DNA from: Oscillospiraceae bacterium
GTDB taxonomy: Bacteria > Bacillota > Clostridia > Oscillospirales > Acutalibacteraceae
Reading direction: 5' to 3'
Length of the DNA: 33,317 nt
NCBI GenBank assembly: GCA_902796315.1
Contig: CADBON010000170.1
Span: 1 to 33,317, forward strand
Each line of letters opens with the position of its first letter. Position 1 is the first letter of the stretch. Both the position numbers and the translations under genes were made by a program. Below, in pieces: positions 7,689 to 16,372 of this stretch. The notes under the pieces were generated by a model. It was not told where the DNA came from and did not search any database. It worked only from the letters and a program-made list of their open reading frames with translations.

Positions 7689-8522
7689 ATGGCAGAATGT
7701 AATCACGACTGCGGCAGTTGTTCGCAGAACTGCGGCGAGCGCACCGAACCCGAAAGCATGCTCGCCAAACTCAACGAGCTCTCGCACGTCAAAAAAGTGA
7801 TCGGCGTGGTCAGCGGCAAGGGCGGCGTGGGCAAATCCCTCGTCACCTCTCTACTGGCAGTCACAATGCAGCGCCGCGGTTTTCAGGCCGCCGTGCTGGA
7901 CGCCGACGTGACCGGCCCGTCCATTCCCAAGGCCTTTGGCATCAAGGAAAAGGCGCAGGGCAGCGACGTCGGCATCTTTCCCGCCAAGAGCAAGACCGGC
8001 ATTGAGATCATGTCGGTCAACCTAATGCTCGAAAACGACACCGACCCCGTCGTATGGCGCGGGCCGATCATCGCGGGCGTGGTCAAACAGTTCTGGACCG
8101 ACGTGGTCTGGAACGACGTGGACTTTATGTTTGTGGATATGCCCCCCGGCACGGGCGACGTGCCGCTGACGGTCTTCCAGAGTCTGCCCGTGGACGGCGT
8201 CATCGTCGTCACCTCGCCGCAGGAACTGGTGGGCATGATCGTTGAAAAGGCAACCAAGATGGCGGCGCTGATGAACATCCCCGTGCTCGCCTATGCCGAG
8301 AATATGAGTTATTACGAGTGCCCGGACTGCCACGCGAAGCACAACCTGTTCGGCGAAAGCGACATCGCGGCCGTCGCCGAGGCGCACGGCGTCGACACTG
8401 TCGCCCGGATCCCCATCGACCCGAAACTGGCGGCCGGCACCGACGCGGGCGTCATCGAACTGTTTGACGGCCCGTGGCTGGACGGCATCGCCGATAAACT
8501 GACCGCTCTGCTGGATGAATAA
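7689..8522 (+). CDS. mrp: Mrp/NBP35/ApbC-family ATP-binding Fe-S cluster carrier (277 aa)
   Basis: The deviant Walker A GKGGVGKS is present. The N-terminus is Cys-rich (CNHDCGSCSQNC). A C-terminal CPDC motif is present. The ATG at 7689 lies 12 nt after AAGGAG. The track's TTG at 7677 abuts the RBS. Confidence 0.9.
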   Translation: MAECNHDCGSCSQNCGERTEPESMLAKLNELSHVKKVIGVVSGKGGVGKSLVTSLLAVTMQRRGFQAAVLDADVTGPSIPKAFGIKEKAQGSDVGIFPAKSKTGIEIMSVNLMLENDTDPVVWRGPIIAGVVKQFWTDVVWNDVDFMFVDMPPGTGDVPLTVFQSLPVDGVIVVTSPQELVGMIVEKATKMAALMNIPVLAYAENMSYYECPDCHAKHNLFGESDIAAVAEAHGVDTVARIPIDPKLAAGTDAGVIELFDGPWLDGIADKLTALLDE

Positions 8523-10317
8523 CGTCGCCGTACTCGCCGCGGCCGACTCCTTCAAGGGGACGCTCACTTCGCGGCAGGTAAACGAGACGGTTGCCGCCGT
8601 GCTTACGGAGTGCGGCGGGTTTTCCGTCGTCTGCTGTCCCGTCGCCGACGGCGGCGAGGGCACGGCGGAAGCGCTGACGGACGCCCTCGGCGGTCAAACC
8701 GTCACCCTGCCCGTCACCGGCCCATTCGGTCAGACCGTCAACGCAAGTTACCGCCTGGCCGGCACGACCGCCGTGCTGGAAATGGCGGCGGCCTCGGGCA
8801 TCACCCTGCAGCCGAAAGAGGAACTTGATCCCCTCGTCGCCACGACCTACGGCACGGGCGAACTGCTGAACGACGCGCTCGCGCGCGGCGCCGAAAAGAT
8901 TTTGATCGGCATCGGCGGCAGCGCCACCAACGACGGCGGCGCGGGCGCTTTGCAGGCGCTGGGCGCAAAACTGTACGACGCCGAGGGGCGCGAACTGCCC
9001 CGCGGGGGCGCGGCTCTGCGCGATCTCGCCTCGTTTGACGCGACCGCCGTCCGCGAACGGTTCAAGGGCGTCGATCTGCAGGTGGCGTGCGACGTGACCT
9101 CGCCCCTCTGCGGGCCGAACGGCGCCACGGCGGTCTTTTCCGCGCAGAAGGGCGCAAGCGAAGCGGATAAGCGGCAACTGGAAACGGCGCTGCTGCATTA
9201 CGGCACGCTGGTCGACGCCGCACTCGGTCACCCCTTCAAAGACCTGCCCGGCACGGGCGCCGCGGGCGGTCTCGGCTACGCGCTGGTCGCTTTCTGCGGC
9301 GGCAAACTGCGCCGCGGTTTCGACGTCGTCGCCGACGCCGTCGGGCTGGAAGAAAAGATTGGCGCCTGCGACGTCGTGATCACCGGCGAAGGCCGCACCG
9401 ACGCGTCGTCGCTGTTGGGCAAACTTCCCGTCAGCGTGGCGGCGCTCGCGAAAAAGCACGGCAAAGAGTGCGTGCTGATCAGCGGCGATCTCGCCTGCGA
9501 CGAGGGCGCGCTCGACGCGGCCTTTTCCGCGCATTTTCGCGCACGGCGTGAAAACGACACCCCCGACGAGGCCATGGCGAACGCCATCCCGCGTCTGCGT
9601 GACGCGGCGGCAAGAGCGGCGCGTTTTTTGCACAACGAACGCCGCTATAAGACCCTGCTGCTCGACCTCGACAACACCCTGCTCGATTTTGCGCAGTGCG
9701 CCTACCATTCGATGAAACGCGGCTTTGAGGAACGCGGACTCCCCTTTTCGGACGACTCGTTCGCGATTTTCGAGCGTGAGAACAACAAGATCTGGAAAGA
9801 ACTCGAAGCGGGCGGTTTTCCCAAAGACTACATCCGTCAAAACCGCTGGAACCGCATTTTTGCCGCTCTCGGCATCGACGCCGACGGCCCCGCGTTTGAA
9901 GAGGTGTTCGAAGGCGGCCTCGCCGATTTCGGCATCCCGATGGACGGCGCGCAGGACCTGCTCGAGTATCTGGCGCCGAAGTACGATCTGTACGTCGTTT
10001 CCAACGGTTTTCGCGCCATTCAGAAAAGCCGCCTGAAACTCAGCGGTTTTGAAAAATACTTCAAGGGTGTGTTCCTGTCCGAGGATCTGGGCGTGAGCAA
10101 GCCCGCCGCGGAATATTTCGACGCCTGTTTCCGGGCGATGGGAAATCCCGCCAAAGAGACCGTACTGCTGGTTGGCGACAGTCTGACCGCCGACATTTCC
10201 GGCGGCGAACGGTACGGGATCGACACCGTGTGGGTCAACCTGTTCGGCGAGAGCGCCGGCGACCTGCACCCGACGTTTGTCATCCGTTCCCCCGCGGAAC
10301 TGAAAAGTTTGCTGTAA
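8515..10317 (+). CDS. glxK: Fusion protein: glycerate kinase domain (aa 1 to ~375) plus HAD-superfamily YjjG-like phosphatase/nucleotidase domain (aa ~378-600)
   Basis: The N-terminal half carries ADSFKGTLTS, GIGGSATNDGGAG and ITGEGRTD, typical of the glycerate kinase family. The C-terminal half has HAD motif I (DLDNTLLD), motif II (VVSNG), a Lys motif (SKPAAEYF) and motif IV (GDSLTADISGG). An 8-nt overlap with the mrp stop (ATGAATAA) is present. Confidence 0.88.
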   Translation: MNNVAVLAAADSFKGTLTSRQVNETVAAVLTECGGFSVVCCPVADGGEGTAEALTDALGGQTVTLPVTGPFGQTVNASYRLAGTTAVLEMAAASGITLQPKEELDPLVATTYGTGELLNDALARGAEKILIGIGGSATNDGGAGALQALGAKLYDAEGRELPRGGAALRDLASFDATAVRERFKGVDLQVACDVTSPLCGPNGATAVFSAQKGASEADKRQLETALLHYGTLVDAALGHPFKDLPGTGAAGGLGYALVAFCGGKLRRGFDVVADAVGLEEKIGACDVVITGEGRTDASSLLGKLPVSVAALAKKHGKECVLISGDLACDEGALDAAFSAHFRARRENDTPDEAMANAIPRLRDAAARAARFLHNERRYKTLLLDLDNTLLDFAQCAYHSMKRGFEERGLPFSDDSFAIFERENNKIWKELEAGGFPKDYIRQNRWNRIFAALGIDADGPAFEEVFEGGLADFGIPMDGAQDLLEYLAPKYDLYVVSNGFRAIQKSRLKLSGFEKYFKGVFLSEDLGVSKPAAEYFDACFRAMGNPAKETVLLVGDSLTADISGGERYGIDTVWVNLFGESAGDLHPTFVIRSPAELKSLL

Positions 10318-10342
10318 AATACTGTAACCGGGAGTGTTCACA

Positions 10343-12523
10343 ATGCAACTGCTGCACAAGGGCGTGGATATGCTCAAGAGCGTCAAAACGTACTGGAAAC
10401 GACCGCCGGAAGGCAAGTACATGACGTTCCGCGAGATTTTCGCCTACTCCATCGGCGGCATCGGCGCGTATTCCATCTTCACGATGGCCCAGGCGCTGCT
10501 GCTGTCGACCACCAACGTCATCATCGGCAACACCATCGGCATTCAGCCGATGCATATGTACGTGATGTACCTCATCTCGGTCATCACCAACATCCCGCTG
10601 ACGATGGTGCGCGCCAATATGGTCGACAACGTCAAATACAAGTCGGGCAAATACCGTCCGTATCTTTTGCGGATGGGCATTCCGACCGTGGCGATCTCGA
10701 TGCTGTTCGTTTTCACGCCGTATGCGAAGTTCGGCTACCTCGTCCGCTGTGTGCTGATTTTCATCTATAACTTCGGCCTGCAGTTCTTCTACAATTTCTT
10801 CTACGACGCGTACGAGAACCTGATCCACGTCCTCTCGCCCGACACGCAGGAGCGTACCAACGTGACCGCGATCAAGAGTATGATCTACTCGCTGTCGCCG
10901 ACCGTCACCAACTTCATCACGCCCATCATCGCCGAAAAGGTCGCCGACGGCAATATGTACGACCTGCGCGTGTATCAGTGGCTGTACCCGTTCATCGCCG
11001 TCATCGGCGTGGGTTTGATCCTGCTCGTCTATGCACGGACCGAAGAAAAGATCGTCGTCGCCAAGACGCATAAAATGAAGATCCGCTTCACGGACGCGCT
11101 CCGCGAAGTCGCCAAAAACAAATACTTCTGGATCATTTCCCTCGCCGGCTGGCTCGGCTTTTTGGAGAGCTGCACCTACGTGGTGCTGCAGTGGCTTTAC
11201 AACTACGCCCACCTCTGCACGCCCGAACAGTACGCCTTCGTCACGCTCATCCGCGGCACGGCGTACAGCTGGGGCATGATCCTCGCCCCCTTTGCCATCA
11301 AGCGATGGGGCAAAAAGCGGGTGCTGATCGTCACCAACCTGTTCAACATTCTCGCGCTGGCGCTGGTCTATCCGCTGATGCACAACATCTGGACGGTGCT
11401 GTTCTGTATGTACCTCAACTCCGTCGCCGACTCGTTCATCCTGGTCCTCAACCCCGCCATTCAGGCCGATATCCGCGACTATCAGCACTATAAGAGCGGC
11501 GAGCGCATCGACGGTATGTTCGGCGCAGTCGCGATGATCGGCTCGTTCATCACCATGGCGACCAGTTCCGTCCTGCCCGCCGTTTATGAGAAGTACGGCA
11601 TTTTCAAAGGCAACGGGTACGAGAATATGTACGATGTGCTGTACGATCCCAACATCCTCTACCGCCTGGTCGGCGTGCTGGTCATCCTCTCCGCCGTCGG
11701 CGCGGCGCTGAACGTCATCCCCTATTTCTTCTACGATCTGACCGAGACCAAGCAGCGCGCGGTCATCAAGATCTTGCAGATCCGCGCCATGTTTGAGGAT
11801 TACGGCAACGGGGTGCTGACCGACGACGATATGAAAAACACCGTTGAACTGATCCGTGATTCGGAAACCGCCGTGCGCGACGGCCGCAGGGACGTGCGCG
11901 CGCTGCGGGCGCAGGGCGCCGGACGAAAAGCCGTCCGCGAGGCCGAAAAGCACAACGAGAACGTTGAGATCGCCGAGGCGGTCCTGCACGAGGTCGAGCG
12001 GTTTGAGACCCCCGCCGAAAAAGCCCGCCTTGCCTGGGCGCAGAAAATCGAGGCCGCCGGCATTGAGGGGATCGCCCGTCTGAACAACGACAACGTGGTT
12101 CAGGCCCGCGCCCTGCCCGCCGGCACCAAAGAAGAAAAGCAGATCCGCAAGCAGGCCGTCGCCGACGCCAAACTCGGCGTGCGCTGCCGCAAAGCCGCCG
12201 CCAAATATTTCCCGAACGGCATCCCCTTTGCGGACGAAGAAAAACTTGACTCCCTGATCGAAACCGAGCGTGAACTCGATGAAAAGAAAGTCAAGTTATT
12301 GAAAGAGAAAGCGCCGAAGGCCGAAGTCGAGGCCGTGTCCGCCGAACTGGCCGCCGTGTCGAAAGAGATCAAAAAACTGTCGGACGAGGGCGCCAAGATC
12401 GCGGAATGCACCAAGGTCTATACCGACGCGTGCAAACTGCTGCGCCAGGCCGCCAACTACGAGAAGTTCGGCGAGATCGACCGTCTGTATTCCGAAAAAC
12501 TGTTGCCCGAGACCGAAATCTAA
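10343..12523 (+). CDS. GPH/MFS_2-family (MelB-like glycoside-pentoside-hexuronide:cation) symporter with a ~250-aa C-terminal helical extension (726 aa)
   Basis: About 12 hydrophobic segments have a GPH-like loop (DNVKYKSGKYRPYLL) and a mid-loop (RDYQHYKSGERIDGMFGA). The ATG at 10343 lies 8 nt after GGGAG. The tail beginning around aa 470 is Lys/Glu/Ala-rich. Confidence 0.85.
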   Translation: MQLLHKGVDMLKSVKTYWKRPPEGKYMTFREIFAYSIGGIGAYSIFTMAQALLLSTTNVIIGNTIGIQPMHMYVMYLISVITNIPLTMVRANMVDNVKYKSGKYRPYLLRMGIPTVAISMLFVFTPYAKFGYLVRCVLIFIYNFGLQFFYNFFYDAYENLIHVLSPDTQERTNVTAIKSMIYSLSPTVTNFITPIIAEKVADGNMYDLRVYQWLYPFIAVIGVGLILLVYARTEEKIVVAKTHKMKIRFTDALREVAKNKYFWIISLAGWLGFLESCTYVVLQWLYNYAHLCTPEQYAFVTLIRGTAYSWGMILAPFAIKRWGKKRVLIVTNLFNILALALVYPLMHNIWTVLFCMYLNSVADSFILVLNPAIQADIRDYQHYKSGERIDGMFGAVAMIGSFITMATSSVLPAVYEKYGIFKGNGYENMYDVLYDPNILYRLVGVLVILSAVGAALNVIPYFFYDLTETKQRAVIKILQIRAMFEDYGNGVLTDDDMKNTVELIRDSETAVRDGRRDVRALRAQGAGRKAVREAEKHNENVEIAEAVLHEVERFETPAEKARLAWAQKIEAAGIEGIARLNNDNVVQARALPAGTKEEKQIRKQAVADAKLGVRCRKAAAKYFPNGIPFADEEKLDSLIETERELDEKKVKLLKEKAPKAEVEAVSAELAAVSKEIKKLSDEGAKIAECTKVYTDACKLLRQAANYEKFGEIDRLYSEKLLPETEI

Positions 12524-13983
12524 AACCGTATCTCCACCCGGTGGTCGCCCGCCGGAGCGGTGATCTTCACAAGTTTTGCCCCGCCGTCGTACTCCGTCAC
12601 GGTTTCACAAACGCCGTCACAGAGTACCGCGGCGGGTTTGTGTATATAGACAAGGGTCTCGCCCTCACCGGCGGCGGTGTAATCGAGCGTAAACACGCCG
12701 TTCCCGCGGTCAAGGCCGTATTTGTTGAGCGTACCCGCGACCGCGACGGGCGCCGTTCGGCTCAGCATTTCCATCAGCCGCGCGTCCAGATCGTCGCCGT
12801 GGTAATCCCAATAGACCTGCCCCCACCGGTTCTCGTCGAAAAAGTCCAGCAGTTCATACGCGTGCGGGAACCACGACGTGTCGTTGTTGTCGCTGCAGCC
12901 GCCCCATTCGCCGATGATCATCGGCACACCCAGCCGCTTTTGCGCGTTGCCCTGTTCGGTAAAAAAGGCCTTGACGCGGTCGGCGTCGGCATAGCGGTAA
13001 AGGGGCGTGTCCACGGTCATATCATAGGCGTGCGGGCCATAGCACTGCAGCGGCTCGCGTTCGCCGTTGACGAGGATGGGCGGCACCGACTGGCGTGCGC
13101 CGCCATTGCACAGCGTGGTCTGCTCCATCATCAGGATCCCGTTCGGCGTCACCTCACGGATGGCCGCCGCCATTTTGTTGAGGAAGGGCCAGTAGTACAC
13201 CCGGTCAAATTCGGCGGAAAGGCCGTCCACCCTCTGCATAATATCGCGGATGGCGTTCCCCTTCACCGCGCCGAGCAGGGCGGGCACGTCGCGTTTGAGA
13301 AGCGCGGCGGCGATGGCCTTGCGGTTGATTTTGGGACTGGTAAAAACCTGCCCCGCGGCGCTGCGCACGAGCGCACGCACAAGTTTGGTGCCGAACGAAC
13401 CGGGGAAGGGCTCGTTCAGCAGATCAAAGCCGAACAGCGCGGGTCTGTCGCCGTAGCGGGCGGCCAGCATTTGCCACAGGTCGGCGAAACGGTCCTGCAG
13501 GCCCCTGCCCCACACGGGATCGTTGTGCCAAAAATGGTCAAAGGCGCTGTGTACCCATTTGCCGAAAACGTAGGCCTCTCCCCAAACGAATGTTGCGGGC
13601 TGCGGAACGTGCCCGTCGGTCAGCGTTGCCCACGAGGGCGCACCGTCGCCGCCGCCTACGCCGCCGTAGCCGGAGTACAGATCCTGATGCATATCCAGCA
13701 GGATGTATACGCCGTATTTCTCCGCAAGGGTAAAGATCTCGTCGATGGAGCGCAGATAACTCTCGTTATACTCCTCCAGATGCGGCTCCAGATTCGCCCA
13801 CGTCACCGCCAGGCGGATGAAGTTAAACCCGCGCGCGGCGTACTTTTGAAAGAACGCCTCGTCCAACGGGTAGCGAAACCGCTCGCACCCGATCAACTTG
13901 TCATCGATGTTCATACCGTTGAAAATGCGCACGCGGCCGCAATCGTCAACGAAATTCAGCCCTTCGGTCAAAATCTTATCCAT
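12520..13983 (-). CDS. Glycoside hydrolase family 5 enzyme, intracellular (487 aa)
   Basis: The GH5 acid/base motif is DLLNEPFPG. The nucleophile motif is MIIGEWGG. There is no signal peptide. The ATG at 13983 lies 5-6 nt after GGAGGT, which I prefer over the track start at 14007. Confidence 0.88.
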   Translation of the reverse strand: MDKILTEGLNFVDDCGRVRIFNGMNIDDKLIGCERFRYPLDEAFFQKYAARGFNFIRLAVTWANLEPHLEEYNESYLRSIDEIFTLAEKYGVYILLDMHQDLYSGYGGVGGGDGAPSWATLTDGHVPQPATFVWGEAYVFGKWVHSAFDHFWHNDPVWGRGLQDRFADLWQMLAARYGDRPALFGFDLLNEPFPGSFGTKLVRALVRSAAGQVFTSPKINRKAIAAALLKRDVPALLGAVKGNAIRDIMQRVDGLSAEFDRVYYWPFLNKMAAAIREVTPNGILMMEQTTLCNGGARQSVPPILVNGEREPLQCYGPHAYDMTVDTPLYRYADADRVKAFFTEQGNAQKRLGVPMIIGEWGGCSDNNDTSWFPHAYELLDFFDENRWGQVYWDYHGDDLDARLMEMLSRTAPVAVAGTLNKYGLDRGNGVFTLDYTAAGEGETLVYIHKPAAVLCDGVCETVTEYDGGAKLVKITAPAGDHRVEIRF

Positions 13984-14013
13984 AACGCACCTCCGTGTGT
14001 CTGCCATAGGATC

Positions 14014-14979
14014 CTATTCGCCGTAGGTCAGCGCGTCGGTATTTTCGGCGCTGTATTCCACCTGCTGTGACCAGCGGCGCACGCTTTCGCGCAGGTCGTC
14101 CGCCGTCAGCGCGCCGGTCTCGCGCAGTGTCGCGCCATCCCACAGCCGCAGGTACAGCACCGCCTCGACGCAAAAACGCATGACCTCGGCGTAGCGGCCG
14201 TCGAAAAAACCGCGCGAGAGGTGACGAAAGATCAGATAGGCGAATACCTTTTTATAATGGGCGTCATACGCCGGCCCGGGCAAGTGCGGACGTGCGGCGC
14301 TCACAAGGCGCGCGGCCTGCTGCTCCCACTCCCGGTCGATGGGCTCGGTCGCGGCGTAGCGGCGGGCGATCTCCTCAAAGGGGCGCGCCGCAAGCGGCTG
14401 TTCCAGCGACCAATCGGCGGTCATCACAACGGCCTTGCCCAGCGTATCGCGCAGCGAACGGCCGCCGTCGAAGATCTCGCGGAACAGGTCGGCGCGAAAG
14501 TCACAAAATTCGTCGTAAAAATCGGCGTCGTCCCGTTCGCGGTCCGTCAGGCCGTCGTCCGCGCCGTCATCCACGGTGACAAGCGTCAGACGGTCGCCGC
14601 TTTCCAGCAGACGGCAGACCTCTTCGCAGGCAAGGCCGAGCCCGCGCTCGGTGCGGCCGGGAAACTCGCGGTAAAACCGCGGGTGCTCGCGGCAAACGTC
14701 GCAGAGCGCGTCGTGCCCGAGCGCGCTGTAAATCTCGCAGAGGTTGTCCGCGTCCAAAAAGGGACAGCGCCCCTCCCCCGTCATGGCAAAACAGCGCGAA
14801 CCGTCGGGCGAAACGGTCATACAGCGGCGCATTTTTTCGCCGAGCGCACCCTCCAGCCCCTCGTAAAACGAGGCGGTGTCGGGGTCGACGTCCACCTCCC
14901 AGCCGAGGCAGCAGTTGTGCGCGCACGCCCCCGCTGTACAGCGGAACGCCTCGTAAAAATCGGGTTGAATGAACTTCAT
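14014..14979 (-). CDS. FliB-like (flagellin lysine-N-methylase family) Cys-rich CxxCxxCC-type protein (321 aa)
   Basis: The N-terminus FRCTAGACAHNCCLGWEVDVDPDT matches the FliB/YkgJ-type Cys pattern. A second Cys cluster is CPFLDADNLCEIY...CDVCREHPR. An ATGA overlap joins it to the trmO stop. The product assignment is from memory of the family pattern. Confidence 0.65.
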   Translation of the reverse strand: MKFIQPDFYEAFRCTAGACAHNCCLGWEVDVDPDTASFYEGLEGALGEKMRRCMTVSPDGSRCFAMTGEGRCPFLDADNLCEIYSALGHDALCDVCREHPRFYREFPGRTERGLGLACEEVCRLLESGDRLTLVTVDDGADDGLTDRERDDADFYDEFCDFRADLFREIFDGGRSLRDTLGKAVVMTADWSLEQPLAARPFEEIARRYAATEPIDREWEQQAARLVSAARPHLPGPAYDAHYKKVFAYLIFRHLSRGFFDGRYAEVMRFCVEAVLYLRLWDGATLRETGALTADDLRESVRRWSQQVEYSAENTDALTYGE

Positions 14980-15653
14980 TTCGTCACGTCCGTAACCGTC
15001 AGCACGTTTCCGCTGACGGTGAATTTTACGTCATAATCGCCAAAGCGCAGGCCGTACACCCGCTCCGGGTCGTCCTGGTACGAGGGGCGCGGGTCCAACG
15101 CCAGCGCCTCGCACAAAGGATTGCGCAGAGCTGCGGGCAGGCGGTTTTCCAAATCGACGGGAATGCGCACCGTCAGGCGGTCAAACGCGCGATCGTCGGT
15201 GAAGCCGCCCGTGGCGTCCTCCACCCGATCGGCGTAGGGCACGTAGGGTTTGACGTCGTAAATGGGCGTGCCGTCCACCAAATCGGCGCCGCCGACCACC
15301 AGTACCGTGCCGTCGGTCGCCGTCTCTTCGATCTTCAGCAGTTTTACGCACGAAAGGCCGATGGGATTGGGGCGGTTGGGCGAGCGCGTGGCAAACACGC
15401 CCAGCCGTTCGTTCCCGCCCAGGCGCGGCGGGCGCACGGTGGGCGACCACTTTTCCGGCCGCGGGTTTTCGGAAAACCCCCAGATCAGCCACAGGTGCGA
15501 AAAGCCCTCCAACCCCCGCAGGGCGTTGGGGTCGCGGTATTCCGGCGCAAAGACGACCTTCGCCGTCAGCGCCGGTGCAAGCCCGCTCTGCCGCGGCACG
15601 CCGAACTTGGTTTTGAAATCGCCGCGCAGTACGGCGATCGGTTCTATGGTCAT
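14976..15653 (-). CDS. trmO: tRNA (N6-threonylcarbamoyladenosine(37)-N6)-methyltransferase TrmO/YaeB family (225 aa)
   Basis: TsaA/YaeB-like segments are FGVPRQSG, FSHLWLIWGF, GVFATRSPNRPNPIGLS and GTPIYDVKPY. The internal ATG at 15653 has a GGAGGA RBS 6 nt upstream. The longer track ORF (to 16142) overlaps the upstream membrane gene and is Arg/Gly-rich junk. Confidence 0.9.
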   Translation of the reverse strand: MTIEPIAVLRGDFKTKFGVPRQSGLAPALTAKVVFAPEYRDPNALRGLEGFSHLWLIWGFSENPRPEKWSPTVRPPRLGGNERLGVFATRSPNRPNPIGLSCVKLLKIEETATDGTVLVVGGADLVDGTPIYDVKPYVPYADRVEDATGGFTDDRAFDRLTVRIPVDLENRLPAALRNPLCEALALDPRPSYQDDPERVYGLRFGDYDVKFTVSGNVLTVTDVTK

Positions 15654-16237
15654 ACCGTTTCCTCCGTTGGTTTCATTTGCTCGCTGCACCACACCGCCGC
15701 GGCCATCGCCGCCAGGCAAAGCACGTCCACGACCATCATCGCGACGTTCGGCTCGACGCACCGTGCGTTTTCGACAACCATCATCACCGTTACCGCAAAG
15801 AACGGCGCCAGCATACAGCCGTACAACAGCCGTTTGCCGCGGTTCCTGAGCCGCTTCGCGACGTAGCACCACAGCGCTGCCATCGCGCCGAGAGCGGTGT
15901 ACGCAAGTCCGTCGACGAGATCCGACAGGGCGTTGGTCGCGAACATTTCCGGGTCGTGCATCCGCACGGCCGCCACGGCACTGAACGCCGTCGTGTACCC
16001 GTAGTAGCCCAGGCACAATCCGGCGAAAAACAGCAGCACACCGCCGGCGATCGCCTTCGGCTCCGCCGTCTTGCGCAGAAGCAGAAGGACGATGATCAGC
16101 GGGTAAACGTCGAGATTGCCGCCGAGGACCGACAGGTTGCACATCCCCCTGCCGAGCGGCGTGGCGGTCAACTCCCCGAGCAGTTGTGCGGCAACGCCGA
16201 AAGCGACGCCGATCAGAAAAAAGCGAAGAATTTTCAT
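15650..16237 (-). CDS. Hypothetical multi-pass membrane protein (195 aa)
   Basis: There are about five hydrophobic helices. An ATGA overlap joins it to the trmO start. I chose the start MKILRFFLIG at 16237, and its RBS is weak. Confidence 0.7.
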   Translation of the reverse strand: MKILRFFLIGVAFGVAAQLLGELTATPLGRGMCNLSVLGGNLDVYPLIIVLLLLRKTAEPKAIAGGVLLFFAGLCLGYYGYTTAFSAVAAVRMHDPEMFATNALSDLVDGLAYTALGAMAALWCYVAKRLRNRGKRLLYGCMLAPFFAVTVMMVVENARCVEPNVAMMVVDVLCLAAMAAAVWCSEQMKPTEETV

Positions 16238-16250
16238 AGTCGTCTCGTTA

Positions 16251-16290
16251 AAGAAAACCGCGGGCCAAGGCAATCGCCTTAGCCCGCGTT
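16251..16290 (-). terminator. Rho-independent terminator of the hydrogenase operon
   Basis: On the minus strand the hairpin is CGCGGGCtAAGGC gatt GCCTTgGCCCGCG, followed by GTTTTCTTT. It begins about 83 nt after the hydA stop. Confidence 0.7.
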
Positions 16291-16372
16291 TTGAAGCAGT
16301 TACAGCGGAAAAGATGCAAATCGTTCAAACGCCTCATCCGCACGCCCCAAAGCGGGGGCCTCGTTCGGTCGC

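Noticed and set aside
1806-14070. Other long antisense ORFs appear in the track: 1806-3179(-), 4064-5719(+), 8022-8663(-), 8452-10422(-), 10280-11989(-) and 12406-14070(+).
   Set aside because: Each lies opposite a gene with clear family motifs (the membrane proteins, jag, mrp, glxK-HAD, the GPH symporter and GH5). All have Arg/Gly/Ala/Asp-rich composition typical of GC-rich antisense frames. None has a plausible RBS.
14976-16142. A 388-aa ORF extends TrmO far upstream.
   Set aside because: The N-terminal 163 aa are Arg/Gly-rich and overlap the membrane-protein gene in another frame. An internal ATG at 15653 has a GGAGGA RBS and gives the canonical TrmO N-terminus. It also forms an ATGA overlap with the upstream gene.
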